Of a stretch of DNA of 64,000 nt, positions 61,791 to 64,000 are shown piece by piece. Source of the DNA: Fimicolochytrium jonesii. Its lineage: Eukaryota. How positions within the stretch are numbered: position 1 is the first letter of the stretch; each line of letters opens with the position of its first letter. Made by a program: the position numbers and the translations under genes. Location: contig NW_026515686.1 in NCBI RefSeq assembly GCF_025526975.1, positions 434,001 to 498,000 on the forward strand, written 5' to 3'. Under the pieces are notes generated by a model that worked only from the letters and a program-made list of their open reading frames with translations, ran no database searches and was not told the origin of the DNA.

Positions 61791-63952
61791 ATCAGGTATC
61801 GCGCCGCGGTTTCGGTCCTTCTTTCCCCTTTCCCTTCCATTCCCTTCTACTTTGTTTTGCTTTCTTTTTTTGTGCATAGTTTAGAGATTGTTCGCCCCCT
61901 TCCTTCTTTGTACGTATATATTTTAGAGCAATATGATAACATAACAATGTCAATATCAAAGTCCAAAAATCAGTTCAAGAATTGGCGATTAACCAGTCAC
62001 GCATGGTGCGCCGAAAGTCGGAAAGCATTGCCACGCTAAATCAAATGTTGCGGATGGACGGAGCGGATGGAGGTGGAAATTGTGCTTCAGCGAATGGTTG
62101 ATATGCTCTATGCCGGACTGAAATCCTCACTCTATCTAAACTACCGCGAACTAACTTGACCCGCAAAGATGCGAAACAGCCCATAGGCCCGGGTCCAACA
62201 TACGCCGCACCGTCTGCCCATATCTATCCCCCCCAATGCCTTACGCTCTAAGCCAGCTTCACTCGATTCCAGGCGTTGACCCACCCCGCGAAGCCTCCAT
62301 CCCCAGCAGGACCCTTCCACGCATCCACATGGTCGACAGCGAGGACCTGCACCCTGTATTTGGCCTGCGTCGCCACACCGGCTGCCGATTTCATGAAGGC
62401 AGGCGTGAGGAAGGGAAGAGCTTGATCGCGCTTGCAAAGCCCGTTGGATTGCAGTCTGATGTCCGAAAGATGTCTATAATTTTCAAGTAAAGTGCGTGAA
62501 AGCCGCCAACGAGATAGATCATATCTGAATGCCTTCATCGCTTTTTGTGAAGTCTCCATTTGAAGCCGATTATTTAGACCTGAACTTCACCCCGCGAAAG
62601 CCGCCAAATGAACCGTCTTCGAATCGCCCGTTAAACGAGCTCTACATGATGTAATTCTGCACTAAACCGAGAGTGAAGGTAAACCATATTCACACCCCGC
62701 ACTCTGAAGTAGAGGCAGAATATGAACAAACTCAGTTGAAAGACTGAGCGTTGACCAGCAACGGTGCATTTTGGACCCGCTACGACCATCACCACCTTCT
62801 CGAACAGCCGAAAGGGAAAAGCAGAATTCTGAAACTTGAGGTGGCTGTTGAGCCGATCGAAAAGCACAGTGCAGCAACGCACGCTGGCCTTTCGAGTTGG
62901 TTCGGGCATCCTACACGCAAGCAGACGCACGCATCTACTTCATCATGAACGATGTTGAGTTTTTTTATTCACCGAACCTCCAAATCTCAAGAGCCTGATT
63001 CTACGGCACAAATATATGGGGTTTGCACCTTTCAAAATGGAGCTGTGCATTCATAGCGTGTGCCATGAGAGAAACCTGGCGCCTTTCCTGCAACATGAGT
63101 CCCGTTCAAAGTCCGATGCCCACGATGTCCAATCCGCTCACGCCCAATGCCAGCTGACCATGAACATTTCGTCTCCGTCAAGTTGCGCACGCATGGCTCA
63201 CTACCTACGAACCCCAGTGCTCGGCCTTTGTGATGGTTCTGGCTCGCTTGGACGAGTTTGTGGAAACCGCAAACACGCGAGTCTATGCGCGCATGCCGTC
63301 ATGTCCGAGCCGTACCAATGCCCCGAGGGACCAGGGGGAAGCCGCGATTATGGCAGCTAAGATTTTCTGTCCTGGCTGCCTATTCCCCACGTGTACATCT
63401 TTCCTGTGACGGATGGATGATGTGTGAGTGATGATGCAGGAATGCCCGAGGGCGAACGTACCATGAAGATTAACGCACGCAGCATGGTTAGTTCCGCTAT
63501 CAATGCACCCAACTTTTCTCAGCTGTTCCATAAAGACGAATAATGGCTTTACTACCGCGATTGCCGCGCCCATTGGCAGTTTTGAAAACAGAGGAGTGCG
63601 CGCCGAGCATGCGTAATCTGAGCCGCTGGAATGAAGGTGGTGAAAGCTACATCCCTCATTGACATGATGACCGCTTTTGCTTGCGCAGGTTCAGCTGATT
63701 GCGGCGTCCGCACGACCTTGGCGTCGGGTCTTGCAACGGCTTCATCAGCGTGGGGATTTTCCCATCTGAAAGTGCTAGCAGAAAAACTGATGAGAGTCAG
63801 TGGGGTGTGACAGGGCTCGACATCAATATTGTTGGGCTTACCACGCATCCATTAGTCTTGTCAAACCACTGCAGCGATCCCGACGTCGTCGAGTCCTCGA
63901 GGATATCCGGAGAGGGCGCGACGTTCGGGATGCTTCACACCCGTCTCAATTG

Positions 63953-63988
63953 GTTCGTGTCAGTTCGAGTTCGTGTCAGTTCGAGTTC
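63953..63988. repeat. 16-bp direct tandem duplication
   Basis: GTTCGTGTCAGTTCGA x2. Confidence 0.85.
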
Positions 63989-64000
63989 CGTGCTGATCCT

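Noticed and set aside
62141..63848. Short minus-strand ORFs at the window end
   Set aside because: Fragmented with no identifiable domain; insufficient support

Overview
Eukaryotic genomic DNA from an early-diverging fungus, most likely a chytrid (inferred from short GT-AG introns with CTAAC-type branch points and from gene content). Ordinary host genes: LisH/CTLH protein, LITAF, C2 protein, Cas1p/CASD1 O-acetyltransferase, multi-pass membrane protein, SH3 receptor-like protein, COX6, Munc13/Unc13-like protein, PCL-type cyclin, tRNA-His and an intron-containing tRNA-Asn. These flank a ~22 kb accessory zone (~12.9-35 kb). Its centrepiece is a ~6.6 kb intronless, gene-dense, heavily frameshifted and internally rearranged block (~18.47-25.11 kb) that looks like an endogenised giant-virus (Nucleocytoviricota) fragment. 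It holds a broken conserved NCLDV gene, an Mre11/SbcD-Rad50/SbcC fusion and two fibre-like structural genes. Beside it are a Crinkler-type REase-fold gene, a retropepsin gene with a DUF5678-like module, a secreted Ig/beta-propeller gene and a TIR-bounded element with cargo. After tRNA-Asn lies a degenerate tandem array of bZIP-like mini-ORFs. All homology calls are from motif recognition by eye; no searches were run.
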